A DNA stretch of 34,727 nt from Archangiaceae bacterium. Lineage in GTDB: Bacteria > Myxococcota > Myxococcia > Myxococcales > Myxococcaceae. Below the pieces are notes generated by a model. It was not told where the DNA came from and did no database searches. It saw only the letters and a program-made list of their open reading frames with translations. Location of the stretch: the NCBI GenBank assembly GCA_043750125.1, contig JAYVCD010000119.1, forward strand, positions 1 through 34,727. The letters run 5' to 3'. Within the stretch, counting starts at the first letter, position 1. Each line of letters opens with the position of its first letter. Below are positions 16,933-25,528 of the stretch, in pieces. The position numbers and the translations under genes are program-made.

Positions 16933-19062
16933 ATGAGCAACCAGCCTCTTCCCATGCCCAGTGGTGAAGCCGACCGCGACCAGGAATACGTCGCCGATGT
17001 CAGCTTCGATTCGCTCGGCCTGTCTCCTGAAGTCCGAAAAGCAATCGCAGACCGCGGCTACACCCACCCCACTCCCGTCCAGGCCAAGGCCTTCGCACCG
17101 GTGATGGCGGGCAAAGACGTCATCGTCCGCTCCAAGACCGGCACCGGCAAGACGGCCGCCTTTGGCATTCCCCTGCTCGAGAAAATCGAGAAGGGCGAGA
17201 AACGGGTCAAGGCGCTGATCATGTGCCCCACCCGCGAGCTGGCGATGCAGGTTGCCGCCGAGCTGACCGAGCTGGCCAAGTACCGCGAGATCCGGGTCAC
17301 GGCGATCTACGGCGGCGCGTCGATGAAGGTGCAGGAAGACGCGCTCGATGAAGGCAGCGCGATCATCGTTGGCACCCCGGGCCGGGTCTACGACCACATT
17401 CAGCGCAAGAACATGAAGCTCGAACACTGCGCGTTCGCGGTGCTCGACGAAGCCGACGAGATGCTGAACCAGGGCTTCTACGAAGAGGTCACTCGCATTC
17501 TCGACTGTCTTCCGAAGACTCGGCAGGTGCTGCTGTTCTCGGCCACCGTGCCCGAAGACATTCAGCGGTTGATTTCGAAGTACACGACCAACGCCGAGAC
17601 GCTGTTGCTGTCGGGCGATGTCTTCACCGTCGATCACATTCAGCACGTGAAGTACGAGGTCTCGGAGGCGTACCCCAAGCCTCGCAACCTCATCTACATG
17701 CTCGAGATGGAAGAGCCGGACAACGCGATTGTCTTCTGCAACACCCGCAGCGACACCGAGCTGGTGACGGCAGTGCTGAACCGCAATGGGTTCGACGCCG
17801 AGATGCTCAACGGCGATCTGCCGCAAAAAGAGCGCGAGCGGGTGATGGCGTTGGTGAAGCGGGGCGAGGTCGCTTTCATGGTGGCCACCGACCTGGCGGC
17901 ACGCGGAATCGACATCAGCGACCTGGGCCACGTGATCAACTACACCCTGCCTGAAGACCCTGCGGTCTATCTGCACCGGGTCGGCCGCACCGGCCGCATT
18001 GGAAAAAAAGGGGTGGCGCTGAACCTGGTTTCGGGCCGCGAGTTCTCGCAGTTTTCCACGCTCGAGAAGAAGTACGGAATCGTGTTCGAGAAGCGTCAGA
18101 TGCCCAGCCCCGAGCTGGCGGTGACGATGTGGACCGATCGCCACGTGAAGGAGCTCAAAGAAGCCGCTTCGGGAACCATCTACGAGGGCTTCCTCGGTCT
18201 GGCCAGCGAGCTGAAAAAACGGCCCGACGCCGACGAGCTGATCGCGCTGATGTTGAAGAGCTTCTTCAAAGAGCTGCGCAAAGAAAAACTGCAGCACAGC
18301 GGCAAGGAAGCGCCTGCGCCCGCGCCGCACAAGTTCGAGAAGCTGCGCCCGCACGAGAAGAAGTACGCCGGGAAGGACGAGCGCCCTTCTGCGCGCCGCG
18401 GTAGTGAGGGCCGCCCGGTTCGTGAACGCGGGGGCCGTTCGGAAGCGAAGACCGAGTCGGATCGCGGCGAGTTGCGAGCGGTCTCGCGACCGGTCACGTC
18501 TTCGGAAGCACCGCTTCCCAGCGATGCGCCCACTCCAGCTGAAGGAACCCCGGCGGTGGTCCGCACCCCGGCGCCGCCCCGAAAACCGTCGGGAGCCAGG
18601 AAGCTGACCGATCGTGAGCTGTTCGAGGCTTTGCAGCGGGGAGAGACGCCCCCCATGCCCGACCCGACCGCCGATGATTCGCCTTCTGAGGCGTACGTCC
18701 CGGCGAGCAATGAAGTTCGGGCCACCCGAGAGCCACGGGAGTCGCGCGGCGCTCGTGAAGATCGTCCGCCGCGGGAAGATCGCGAGCGCCGGCCGCGAAG
18801 GGAAAAGAGCGAGGTTGCTCCTCCCGCCCCCGGCCAGGTTCGCCTCTGGCTCAACCTGGGAACTCTGGACGGCCTGGACGCCGCGTCACTGACCCAGGCG
18901 ATCGAAGCGGCCGGAGCTCCTGCTGGGAAGCTCCAACGCGCGGACGTGCTGCGCAGCTTCAGCTATCTGTTCGTCGCCGAAGAAGATGTGTCGGGCTTCG
19001 AAGCGACCGCGGGGAAGAAGCAGGGCGAGAAGGCAATCAAGATCGAGCGCGCGAAGAAGTAG
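16933..19062 (+). CDS. DEAD-box RNA helicase with C-terminal DbpA-type RNA-binding domain (DeaD/CsdA-like)
   Basis: Q motif GYTHPTPVQ, TGTGKT, PTRELA, TPGR, DEAD, SAT, ARGID and HRVGRTGR; C-terminal VRLWLNLG.LDG; AGGA SD before ATG 16933. Confidence 0.95.
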   Translation: MSNQPLPMPSGEADRDQEYVADVSFDSLGLSPEVRKAIADRGYTHPTPVQAKAFAPVMAGKDVIVRSKTGTGKTAAFGIPLLEKIEKGEKRVKALIMCPTRELAMQVAAELTELAKYREIRVTAIYGGASMKVQEDALDEGSAIIVGTPGRVYDHIQRKNMKLEHCAFAVLDEADEMLNQGFYEEVTRILDCLPKTRQVLLFSATVPEDIQRLISKYTTNAETLLLSGDVFTVDHIQHVKYEVSEAYPKPRNLIYMLEMEEPDNAIVFCNTRSDTELVTAVLNRNGFDAEMLNGDLPQKERERVMALVKRGEVAFMVATDLAARGIDISDLGHVINYTLPEDPAVYLHRVGRTGRIGKKGVALNLVSGREFSQFSTLEKKYGIVFEKRQMPSPELAVTMWTDRHVKELKEAASGTIYEGFLGLASELKKRPDADELIALMLKSFFKELRKEKLQHSGKEAPAPAPHKFEKLRPHEKKYAGKDERPSARRGSEGRPVRERGGRSEAKTESDRGELRAVSRPVTSSEAPLPSDAPTPAEGTPAVVRTPAPPRKPSGARKLTDRELFEALQRGETPPMPDPTADDSPSEAYVPASNEVRATREPRESRGAREDRPPREDRERRPRREKSEVAPPAPGQVRLWLNLGTLDGLDAASLTQAIEAAGAPAGKLQRADVLRSFSYLFVAEEDVSGFEATAGKKQGEKAIKIERAKK

Positions 19063-19101
19063 CTCGGTGCTGGGGCAGCCTCGGCCCTGCCTACCATCGA
19101 G
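19063..19101 (+). terminator. Stem-loop immediately after the helicase stop (no poly-U)
   Basis: ctcggtg/catcgag outer arms and gggcag/ctgcct inner arms. Confidence 0.35.
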
Positions 19102-19338
19102 GATGAGGCGAGGTGAGCCTCACCCGAGAAGGGGGCGAGCGTGCAGGTACCGGGGGCGCAGGCAGGCCCGTTGGCCCCGCGTTCCTGCCCCCTCGAGTTC
19201 AAGCCCAACCCGCAACTGCGGTAAAATGTACCTTCATTTGCATTTGCGATTGATTTTTACCCCAAATGCCTCATCGAGCGCTTTCGGACGTCCTCTGGGC
19301 TACCAGTACCGGGGCCCTTATTTCGTCAATGCCCGCAC

Positions 19339-19394
19339 TGAGAATTCCCGAAGACCCAGGGCGACGGCCTGCCCTGAGTCCTCCGAAGTTCTCA
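19339..19394 (-). ncRNA. 24-bp RNA hairpin; candidate structured RNA element
   Basis: On the minus strand, tgagaacttcggaggactcagggc-[aggccgtc]-gccctgggtcttcgggaattctca pairs at 22 of 24 positions, including three G-U pairs. Confidence 0.4.
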
Positions 19395-19613
19395 CGAATC
19401 GTCCAGCGCAACGACCCGAGTTCGGCTGCAACACATCCGCCCGCGGTTCAGTAGGCAGCTCCGAGAACTTTCGGCCCGTGGAGACAGCTCTGTGCACCCG
19501 ATGACCGAGGTGGCTGTTCGAAGCCGCGCACTGGGCAAGTCCGCAGCCCTTCAGGACTGCTTCAGGGCGCGGAGCAGCGGCCTCGAGAGCGCCTCCAGGC
19601 CACCGACTACCAA

Positions 19614-21125
19614 CTAGGCGGTGGGCGCTTCGACGCTGGTCGCAACCAGCTCCGAGTCGCGATTCCCACTCAGGCCCCACGCCTGCAGCAGGCTCGAGAC
19701 GCCCACGTAGAGAAAGCCGAGCTGGAACAGAATCAAGAACGGCAGCGAGGTGTAGACCGAGTTGTCCCAGGCGAACCACACCGCCCAGGTGAAGTAGGCC
19801 CCAAAGGCGAGCTCGACGAAGGGCACCCAGCTTGCTTTGCCGCGGTACGACTTTTTGACCTTCAAGACGTTGCGGCCTTCGGCTCCGGTCTTCGGCGTCC
19901 GGGTGAAGCCGGACTCCTGCTTGAACAGCGCCTCAACGACCGCCTTCGCGTTGTTGATCGCCATCCCAAGGCCAAGGCTCATCAAGAAGGGAAGGTACTT
20001 CACCCTGTCCCACCAGCCGCGCCCGAGCTCACGCTGGGTGGCGATGTAGAAGAAGGTGACCGAGAGTGTGGCTGCAATGCAAAACGGCAGATCGAGGAAC
20101 AGCGTTCCGTACAAGCCGTGCTCGAACCGCACGACCATCGACAGCGGCATCAGCACCGACAGCAGCACCATCAACAGGTACGCCATGTTGTTGGTCAGGT
20201 GGAAAAACGCTTCCTGCTTCACCTTGAACGGAAGGTTGCTGCGCAGGATGGCCGGAAGGAGCTTGCGCGCCGTCTGGATGCTGCCCTTCGCCCACCGGTG
20301 CTGCTGACTCTTGAAGGCGTTCATGTCCACCGGCACTTCGGCCGGCGAGACCACGTCGGGCAAAAATACAAACTGCCAGCCCTTGAGTTGCGCGCGGTAC
20401 GACAGATCGAGATCTTCAGTGAGCGTGTCGTGCTGCCAGCCGCCCGCGTCGGTGATGGTGTTGCAGCGCCAGATGCCGGCGGTACCGTTGAAGTTGAAGA
20501 AGCATCCGCTGCGGTTTCGTGCGGTGTGCTCAATCATGAAGTGGCCGTCGAGGAAGATGCTCTGGGCCTGGGTGAGAATCGAGTACTCGCGATTCAGATG
20601 CCCCCAACGCACCTGCACCATTCCGACTTTGGGATCGGCAAAGAACGGAACCGTCCGCATCAAGAAGTCCGGGCTGGGTACGAAGTCGGCATCGAACACT
20701 GCGACGAACTCGCCTTTGGCGACCTTGAGTCCCGCTTCGAGCGCTCCGGCCTTGAAGCCGTACCGGTTGCTGCGGTGCAGATAGACGATGTCCACGCCCT
20801 TGTTCTTCCACCGTTCGACGCACGCGCGCGCGATGCCGCAGGTCTCGTCCGTTGAATCGTCCAGGACCTGAACTTCGAGCAATCCGGTCGGGTACTCGAT
20901 CTTGCAAACCGAATCGATCAACCGCTCGACCACGTACAGCTCATTGAAGACCGGCAGCTGAATCGTCACCCGGGGCGTCTGGGCCAGGGTCCCGTTGGGA
21001 GTCGGGAGCTTGAACTTGTGCCGGTAATACAGGAACGCCATCCGGTAACGGTGGGAGCCGTACACGGACAACACAGCCAGGACGCCAAAATAGATGGCTA
21101 GAAAGAGAACTTCGACGGTGCTCAT
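19614..21125 (-). CDS. Processive glycosyltransferase family 2 (cellulose synthase-like)
   Basis: DDSTD, KAG, FDADF, TEDLD and QQHRW (D,D,D,QxxRW) motifs with flanking TM helices. Confidence 0.93.
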   Translation of the reverse strand: MSTVEVLFLAIYFGVLAVLSVYGSHRYRMAFLYYRHKFKLPTPNGTLAQTPRVTIQLPVFNELYVVERLIDSVCKIEYPTGLLEVQVLDDSTDETCGIARACVERWKNKGVDIVYLHRSNRYGFKAGALEAGLKVAKGEFVAVFDADFVPSPDFLMRTVPFFADPKVGMVQVRWGHLNREYSILTQAQSIFLDGHFMIEHTARNRSGCFFNFNGTAGIWRCNTITDAGGWQHDTLTEDLDLSYRAQLKGWQFVFLPDVVSPAEVPVDMNAFKSQQHRWAKGSIQTARKLLPAILRSNLPFKVKQEAFFHLTNNMAYLLMVLLSVLMPLSMVVRFEHGLYGTLFLDLPFCIAATLSVTFFYIATQRELGRGWWDRVKYLPFLMSLGLGMAINNAKAVVEALFKQESGFTRTPKTGAEGRNVLKVKKSYRGKASWVPFVELAFGAYFTWAVWFAWDNSVYTSLPFLILFQLGFLYVGVSSLLQAWGLSGNRDSELVATSVEAPTA

Positions 21126-21196
21126 CGCGGCGTGTCAGCCCTCAAAGGTCCGGAAACACAAAGGATCTTTCCCCCCTCTGGGGTGAAATTCGCGCT

Positions 21197-21225
21197 TACT
21201 TAGGGGGTGACTGGCCCGGTGTCAA
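21197..21225 (-). promoter_or_regulatory. Possible sigma-70-type promoter for the GT2 gene
   Basis: Perfect TTGACA (21225-21220), 17-bp spacer, then a weak TAAGTA. Confidence 0.35.
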
Positions 21226-21319
21226 AGCGTTTTCGCCAAACCCCGGTTTTCGTCCCTGCGGCGTGCGAATGGGTCGCATCAGCCCAGCGCGCGATCGCGA
21301 GCGTGGCCGGCTGGGGGAA

Positions 21320-22166
21320 TCACAGCTTCAGGGCGAGCAGCGTGGCCCCCACGACGACGGCGAAAGCACCCAGCCATTGGCGCAGTGTGGGGGGCTCACC
21401 GAGCCACCACGAGAGCAGCAAGGCAAACACGATCGAGCTGTTGCGCAGCGTGGTCCCGAGCGCGGCTCCTTCGGACTGGAGCGCCACGAGGAACAACGCG
21501 TAGCTGCCAAAACACAGCACGCCTGCGAGCCCAAGACTCTTCCAGCGGTCGACGGCCAACCGGCCGAGCGGGCGCAAACCCACGCCCAGCATCAGCACCG
21601 CCGGGACGAGCCCGAGGCCCAGGGAAAATGCGAAGACCTGCAGGGGGTCTGCACCTTCGATCAGCGCCTGGCGAATACAGGGGTTGGAGAATCCTCCTCC
21701 CAGCCCCGCGAGCAGAGCCCACCCCGCCCCCCGGGCCAACCGCAGCTCCGAGGCGCGTGAACCGGCGAGGACGACTCCAACGACGACGAGCGCGGACGCG
21801 ACGACAGCCGGCGCCGACACGCGCTCGTTTTGGAAGAGGACCGCCAGCGGCCAGACCCACAACAGGCCGGTTCCGCGAGAAACCGCGTACGCCAGCCCCA
21901 GCGGAGCGACCTCCAGCGAGCGCGCCAGCCCAATCACATACACCCCTTCGCAAAAGGCTGACGCGATCGCCCAGCCCAGCGCGGGCCCAGAGAGGAACGG
22001 GTTTCCGCGAAACGCCGAGGCCAGCACCGCGCCGAGGGTGGCGAGGACCAGCACCACGAGTGTGGCGGCTCGAACCTGGGGTTCCCGGCGAACGGCGAAC
22101 GAGCGCGTTCCAGCTTGCGTGAAGAAACGCCGAGGCCACCACCCACGCCACGGCGCCGAAGACCAC
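21320..22166 (-). pseudogene. EamA/DMT transporter interrupted by a 1-nt frameshift
   Basis: The N-terminus VVASAFLHASWNALVRR (from 22166) is in one frame; the remainder (…LAYAVSRG…LRNSSIVFALLL…LGE) is in the 21320-22057 frame. The frames join if one base near 22084-22086 is removed. Confidence 0.8.
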
Positions 22167-22168
22167 TT

Positions 22169-23137
22169 TTAGCCAGCGCAGCGCGCGGTGGGCGCGGCCA
22201 GTTCCTCTTCAACCCCGACTTCAACTTGATCGAGCGACGCGCGAGAGAGGATCTGCTCGACGAGTTGTTCGAAGCCGACGCCGGCCTGGCGAGCGATCTT
22301 GGGCATCAAGCTCATCGGAGTCATTCCCGGCAGGGTGTTCACTTCCAGCACGGTGTCGTTTGCGGTGTCGCTGCAGAGGAAGTCGACCCGACCGTACCCG
22401 CGGCAACCCAGCGCACGGTAGGCAGAAAGCGCCATCGCTTCGACGTTGGTGACGCGGGTGGCCGAAAGGCGCGGCGGGAGGTGATGGCGGGCGGTGCCAG
22501 TTTGATATTTCGTCTGGTAGTCGAAGGTCGAGCCGCCGTGGCTGATTTCACAGCTTCCGAGGACGGTGTCGCCCAGGATTCCAACGGTCACTTCGCGGCC
22601 TTTGACCATCCGTTCGACCAGGGCTTCGCCGCCAAAGCGACAGGCCTGCGCGACGGCACCCTCGAGCTCGGCAAGGCGGTGCACGACCGAGAGCCCAACG
22701 GATGAGCCTCCGTGGGCGGGCTTGACGACACAGGGGAAGCCGAGATCGAGGTGCAGCTCGGCGGCGTGATCCCCCCGGTCGCGTCGCACCGTGTAGCCAA
22801 GTGGCGTGGCCAGATTGTGCTGTCGAAAGAGCTTCTTCGCGAAGGGCTTGTTCATTGCGAGCGCGGAAGCGAGCACTCCGGATCCGGTGTACGGAATGCC
22901 CAGCACCTCGAGCAGCCCTTGAACTTTTCCGTCCTCGCCCATTCGACCGTGGAGAGCGAGAAAGGCTACGTCGATCTGTGCGGCACGAAGGGCTTTGTCC
23001 AGGCCGGGGCCCGCCAAGATCCGCGTCACGTCGTGCCCGGTTGCCTCGAGGGCGGTAGCGATGGCCTCGCCGGTCTTGATCGAGATCTCGCGCTCTTCGC
23101 CCCAACCGCCCATCAGCACACCCACTCGATTGATCAT
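22169..23137 (-). CDS. ddl: D-alanine--D-alanine ligase
   Basis: VGVLMGG…EREIS, LHGRMGEDG, GSSVG, FDYQTKY, GRVDF and EVNTLPGMT motifs; AGGAGG SD before ATG 23137. Confidence 0.93.
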   Translation of the reverse strand: MINRVGVLMGGWGEEREISIKTGEAIATALEATGHDVTRILAGPGLDKALRAAQIDVAFLALHGRMGEDGKVQGLLEVLGIPYTGSGVLASALAMNKPFAKKLFRQHNLATPLGYTVRRDRGDHAAELHLDLGFPCVVKPAHGGSSVGLSVVHRLAELEGAVAQACRFGGEALVERMVKGREVTVGILGDTVLGSCEISHGGSTFDYQTKYQTGTARHHLPPRLSATRVTNVEAMALSAYRALGCRGYGRVDFLCSDTANDTVLEVNTLPGMTPMSLMPKIARQAGVGFEQLVEQILSRASLDQVEVGVEEELAAPTARCAG

Positions 23138-23566
23138 TTTCTCGTGGCCTCCTGACCACGCGCCCGCGGGCACGGACGGATGAAGAGCAGCTGCGATGCC
23201 ACGGGAGGAACGCTACAGGCCTGTGGCGAACCGTCCAGTTTCCGACGGGTGGGCGAGCTTGGCCTTCCGACCACACCCTGATGTGGCGGGAAGGACAACG
23301 TGACTGAAACGAACAACTCGACCGCCCGGCCAACGCAAGGAAGAGCTTCGGGGCCGGCAGGTCGGTGGTTCGTCCTCGGTAACGCGCACTGAGTCCGAAC
23401 TTTTTTAAGACGCATCTGTTTCGGAAGACACGGAACCCGCCTGTTTTCCCTGCCCGAGATGCGTTCGTGCCCTGGGCTGACTGGGCGTGTACGCGATCAT
23501 CGTTTCGGGGGTGCGGCGAAGCGCCCTGGCGGAGCGAGACCACAAAGGCGAGGTCCGACGACCGCG

Positions 23567-25456
23567 TCAAAAATTCCGCAGGTCGTCTTCCTCCGCTTTC
23601 TTTTTCTTCTCTTCGTCGGCCTTGCGCTTCGCATCCTCGGCCTTTTTGGACTCTTCGACCTTCTTTCCCGGCTCGGCTTTCTTCGCCGCCTCCGCCTTTT
23701 TCGCCTCTTCGGCCTTTCGCGCCTTGGGGTCGTTCGCCTTCTTCGCGTCGTCCGCTTTCTTCGCGTCGTCTGCTTTCTTCGCGTCGTCTGCTTTCTTCGC
23801 GTCGTCCGCTTTCTTCGCGTCGTCTGCTTTCTTCGCGTCGTCCGCTTTCTTCGCGTCGTCCGCCTTATTCGCGTCGTCCGCCTTCTTCGCGTCGACGGGC
23901 TTCTTCGAATCCTCGACCTTCCTGGCCTCATCGGCCTTCTTCGAATCGCTGCCCCGATTACCCTCGTCGGTGACCGAAGCTCCGTTCCCCTTCTTCCCGT
24001 CGGGCTTCCGGAAATCCTCGGGGCTGGCCTTTTTCGGCAGGGCCGGTTCTTCGACCGGACCGGACTTGCCACCTGTAAGCAGAACCAGAGTCCCGCCGAC
24101 GGCTGCGACTGCGGCAGCGATGAACGAAACATCGGCGATCAACGCGAAGGTCTTCCCTTCCGACGCCAGGCTGGCGCTCTTCGCAGTGAACACCTGCGGC
24201 GTATTTCGAAACTCTTCCGCTTTCCCGCTCGCAGAGATTCCACCGAACACTCCTGCGCCGACCCCGGCGGCAGCGACTGCGAGCAAAGCGATTCCCAGGA
24301 CCGTCCGCCCCACCTCAGCAGCTCCGGACCCGCCGAAATTCGCGACCGGCTTCGTCCCGTTCCGCGCAGCATCCACGTCTAGAGCGCCGGCGAGGAAGGC
24401 CGCGAGAGCCCGGTTGTCCCCAATGGCGACGAGGCCCGAGCGGTAGCCGAGGTTGTGACCATCGCGCGCTTCGAGCCGCACCGCGATCAATTCCAACTTT
24501 TGGCCGGCGGTGCTCTTGCGCGCGACGAGGACCAGCGCCTGGTTGGCCTGCGCCGCGAGCGAGGCCCATTCACGACCTGCAGCATCACGGCCCGCTCCCT
24601 CGGGGTTGCTCGCCACTTTGGCCTGGGCCGCCTTCAGCTTCGCTGCGCCTGCGCTGGCCTTGAGCCGAACCAGCTCATCTCCGAGGTTCAGGTCCAGCGT
24701 CACCCGCTCGAAGCCCGGCATCGCCACCACCACCACGTGCTTTCCCCCCGCGAGATTGGTCGTCCTCGCAGGCGCGAAGCCGCGGGCAGCTCCGTCCACC
24801 CAGACCTTGGCGCCAGGGGGCTCGGTCCGCACCACCAGTTCGCCCGAGGCCCGCGTCACCAGCCGGCGCTGAGCCTCGACGAACTTCAGCAAGTCGGGAG
24901 GGAAAAATGAGTCTGGGAAAATGCTCTTCGACGACACGGTCAGAACTTTCTCGATCTCGGCCTTTGCCAGAGCGGTGTCGCCCGTGGCGACCAGCGAGGC
25001 GGCCTTCATCACCCACGCCTTGACGAAGTTGCTCCAGACCGACGGCTCGGTGAGGTCCGACTGTCGCCACAACGCCATCGCGGCCGTGAACTGCACGCCC
25101 GACTTCTGAGCATCGAGATCGTCCAGCGACTTGTGGGCCGCCTGGGTCAGCGCTTCGGCTTCCGCAGCCTTCCCGTTTTCGGCTTCGGCGGCGGCGTCAC
25201 CAACGCTCGCGAGGGGAACCAGGGTGAAGCGCCCGGAAGCATTGATCGCCTCTTCGGCGCCGTCGGTCAGCCAGCTTTCCTGGGCCTTCGAGAGACCATC
25301 GAGTTCCACCGGCAGCACCACCAGGCGGGGGCCACGGGCCGAAGCCGAAGAGATCGAAGGAAGCAGCCGCGACGAAGGAGCTGCCTGGGCTGGGCCTCGA
25401 GCGAGCGAAAAAATCAGCAGCGCAGTCAGGCCCGCCGTAGAGGGAGGCAGCTTCAT
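23567..25456 (-). CDS. PEGA-domain exported/membrane protein with a Lys/Ala/Asp-rich repetitive tail
   Basis: Signal-like N-terminus, TPR-like helices, PEGA segment LVVRTEPPGAKVWVDG…GKHVV…PGF, two Gly/Ala-rich hydrophobic segments and AKKADD repeats. Confidence 0.85.
   Translation of the reverse strand: MKLPPSTAGLTALLIFSLARGPAQAAPSSRLLPSISSASARGPRLVVLPVELDGLSKAQESWLTDGAEEAINASGRFTLVPLASVGDAAAEAENGKAAEAEALTQAAHKSLDDLDAQKSGVQFTAAMALWRQSDLTEPSVWSNFVKAWVMKAASLVATGDTALAKAEIEKVLTVSSKSIFPDSFFPPDLLKFVEAQRRLVTRASGELVVRTEPPGAKVWVDGAARGFAPARTTNLAGGKHVVVVAMPGFERVTLDLNLGDELVRLKASAGAAKLKAAQAKVASNPEGAGRDAAGREWASLAAQANQALVLVARKSTAGQKLELIAVRLEARDGHNLGYRSGLVAIGDNRALAAFLAGALDVDAARNGTKPVANFGGSGAAEVGRTVLGIALLAVAAAGVGAGVFGGISASGKAEEFRNTPQVFTAKSASLASEGKTFALIADVSFIAAAVAAVGGTLVLLTGGKSGPVEEPALPKKASPEDFRKPDGKKGNGASVTDEGNRGSDSKKADEARKVEDSKKPVDAKKADDANKADDAKKADDAKKADDAKKADDAKKADDAKKADDAKKADDAKKANDPKARKAEEAKKAEAAKKAEPGKKVEESKKAEDAKRKADEEKKKKAEEDDLRNF
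23729..23890. repeat. Coding tandem repeat, 9 x 18 bp (AKKADD)
   Basis: Units gtcgtc(c/t)gc(t/c)ttcttcgc start at 23729, 23747 … 23873; two are variant units (AKKAND, ANKADD). Confidence 0.95.
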
Positions 25457-25528
25457 CAAGCCGGCGATGCTCGCCCAGACCGCAGTCTGGGACAACAACC
25501 CCGTTGGCAACAGGGGCGGTCTAAAGGC

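Noticed and set aside
19234-19256. Fur-box-like catttgcatttgcgattg
   Set aside because: The match is partial and non-palindromic, and no iron-related gene lies downstream.
19063-19613. tmRNA, RNase P, SRP or 6S RNA
   Set aside because: No tRNA-like ends, GAGGAAAGTCC or SRP loop motif were seen, and there is no clear 6S-type long rod with a central bubble.
23190-23260. c-di-GMP-I, c-di-AMP or SAM riboswitch in the ddl leader
   Set aside because: Only fragments resemble these families; core motifs (GGCAAA/GACGCAAA, GCTGAATCC, GCAACC…GGTGC) are missing.
23729-23890. Tandem repeats as a CRISPR array
   Set aside because: The 18-bp units are contiguous, have no spacers and are in-frame coding; no cas genes are present.
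23459-24446. Plus-strand ORFs with FFASSA / RVVCFL repeats as membrane proteins
   Set aside because: They are reverse-complement readings of the AKKADD repeat of the PEGA gene.
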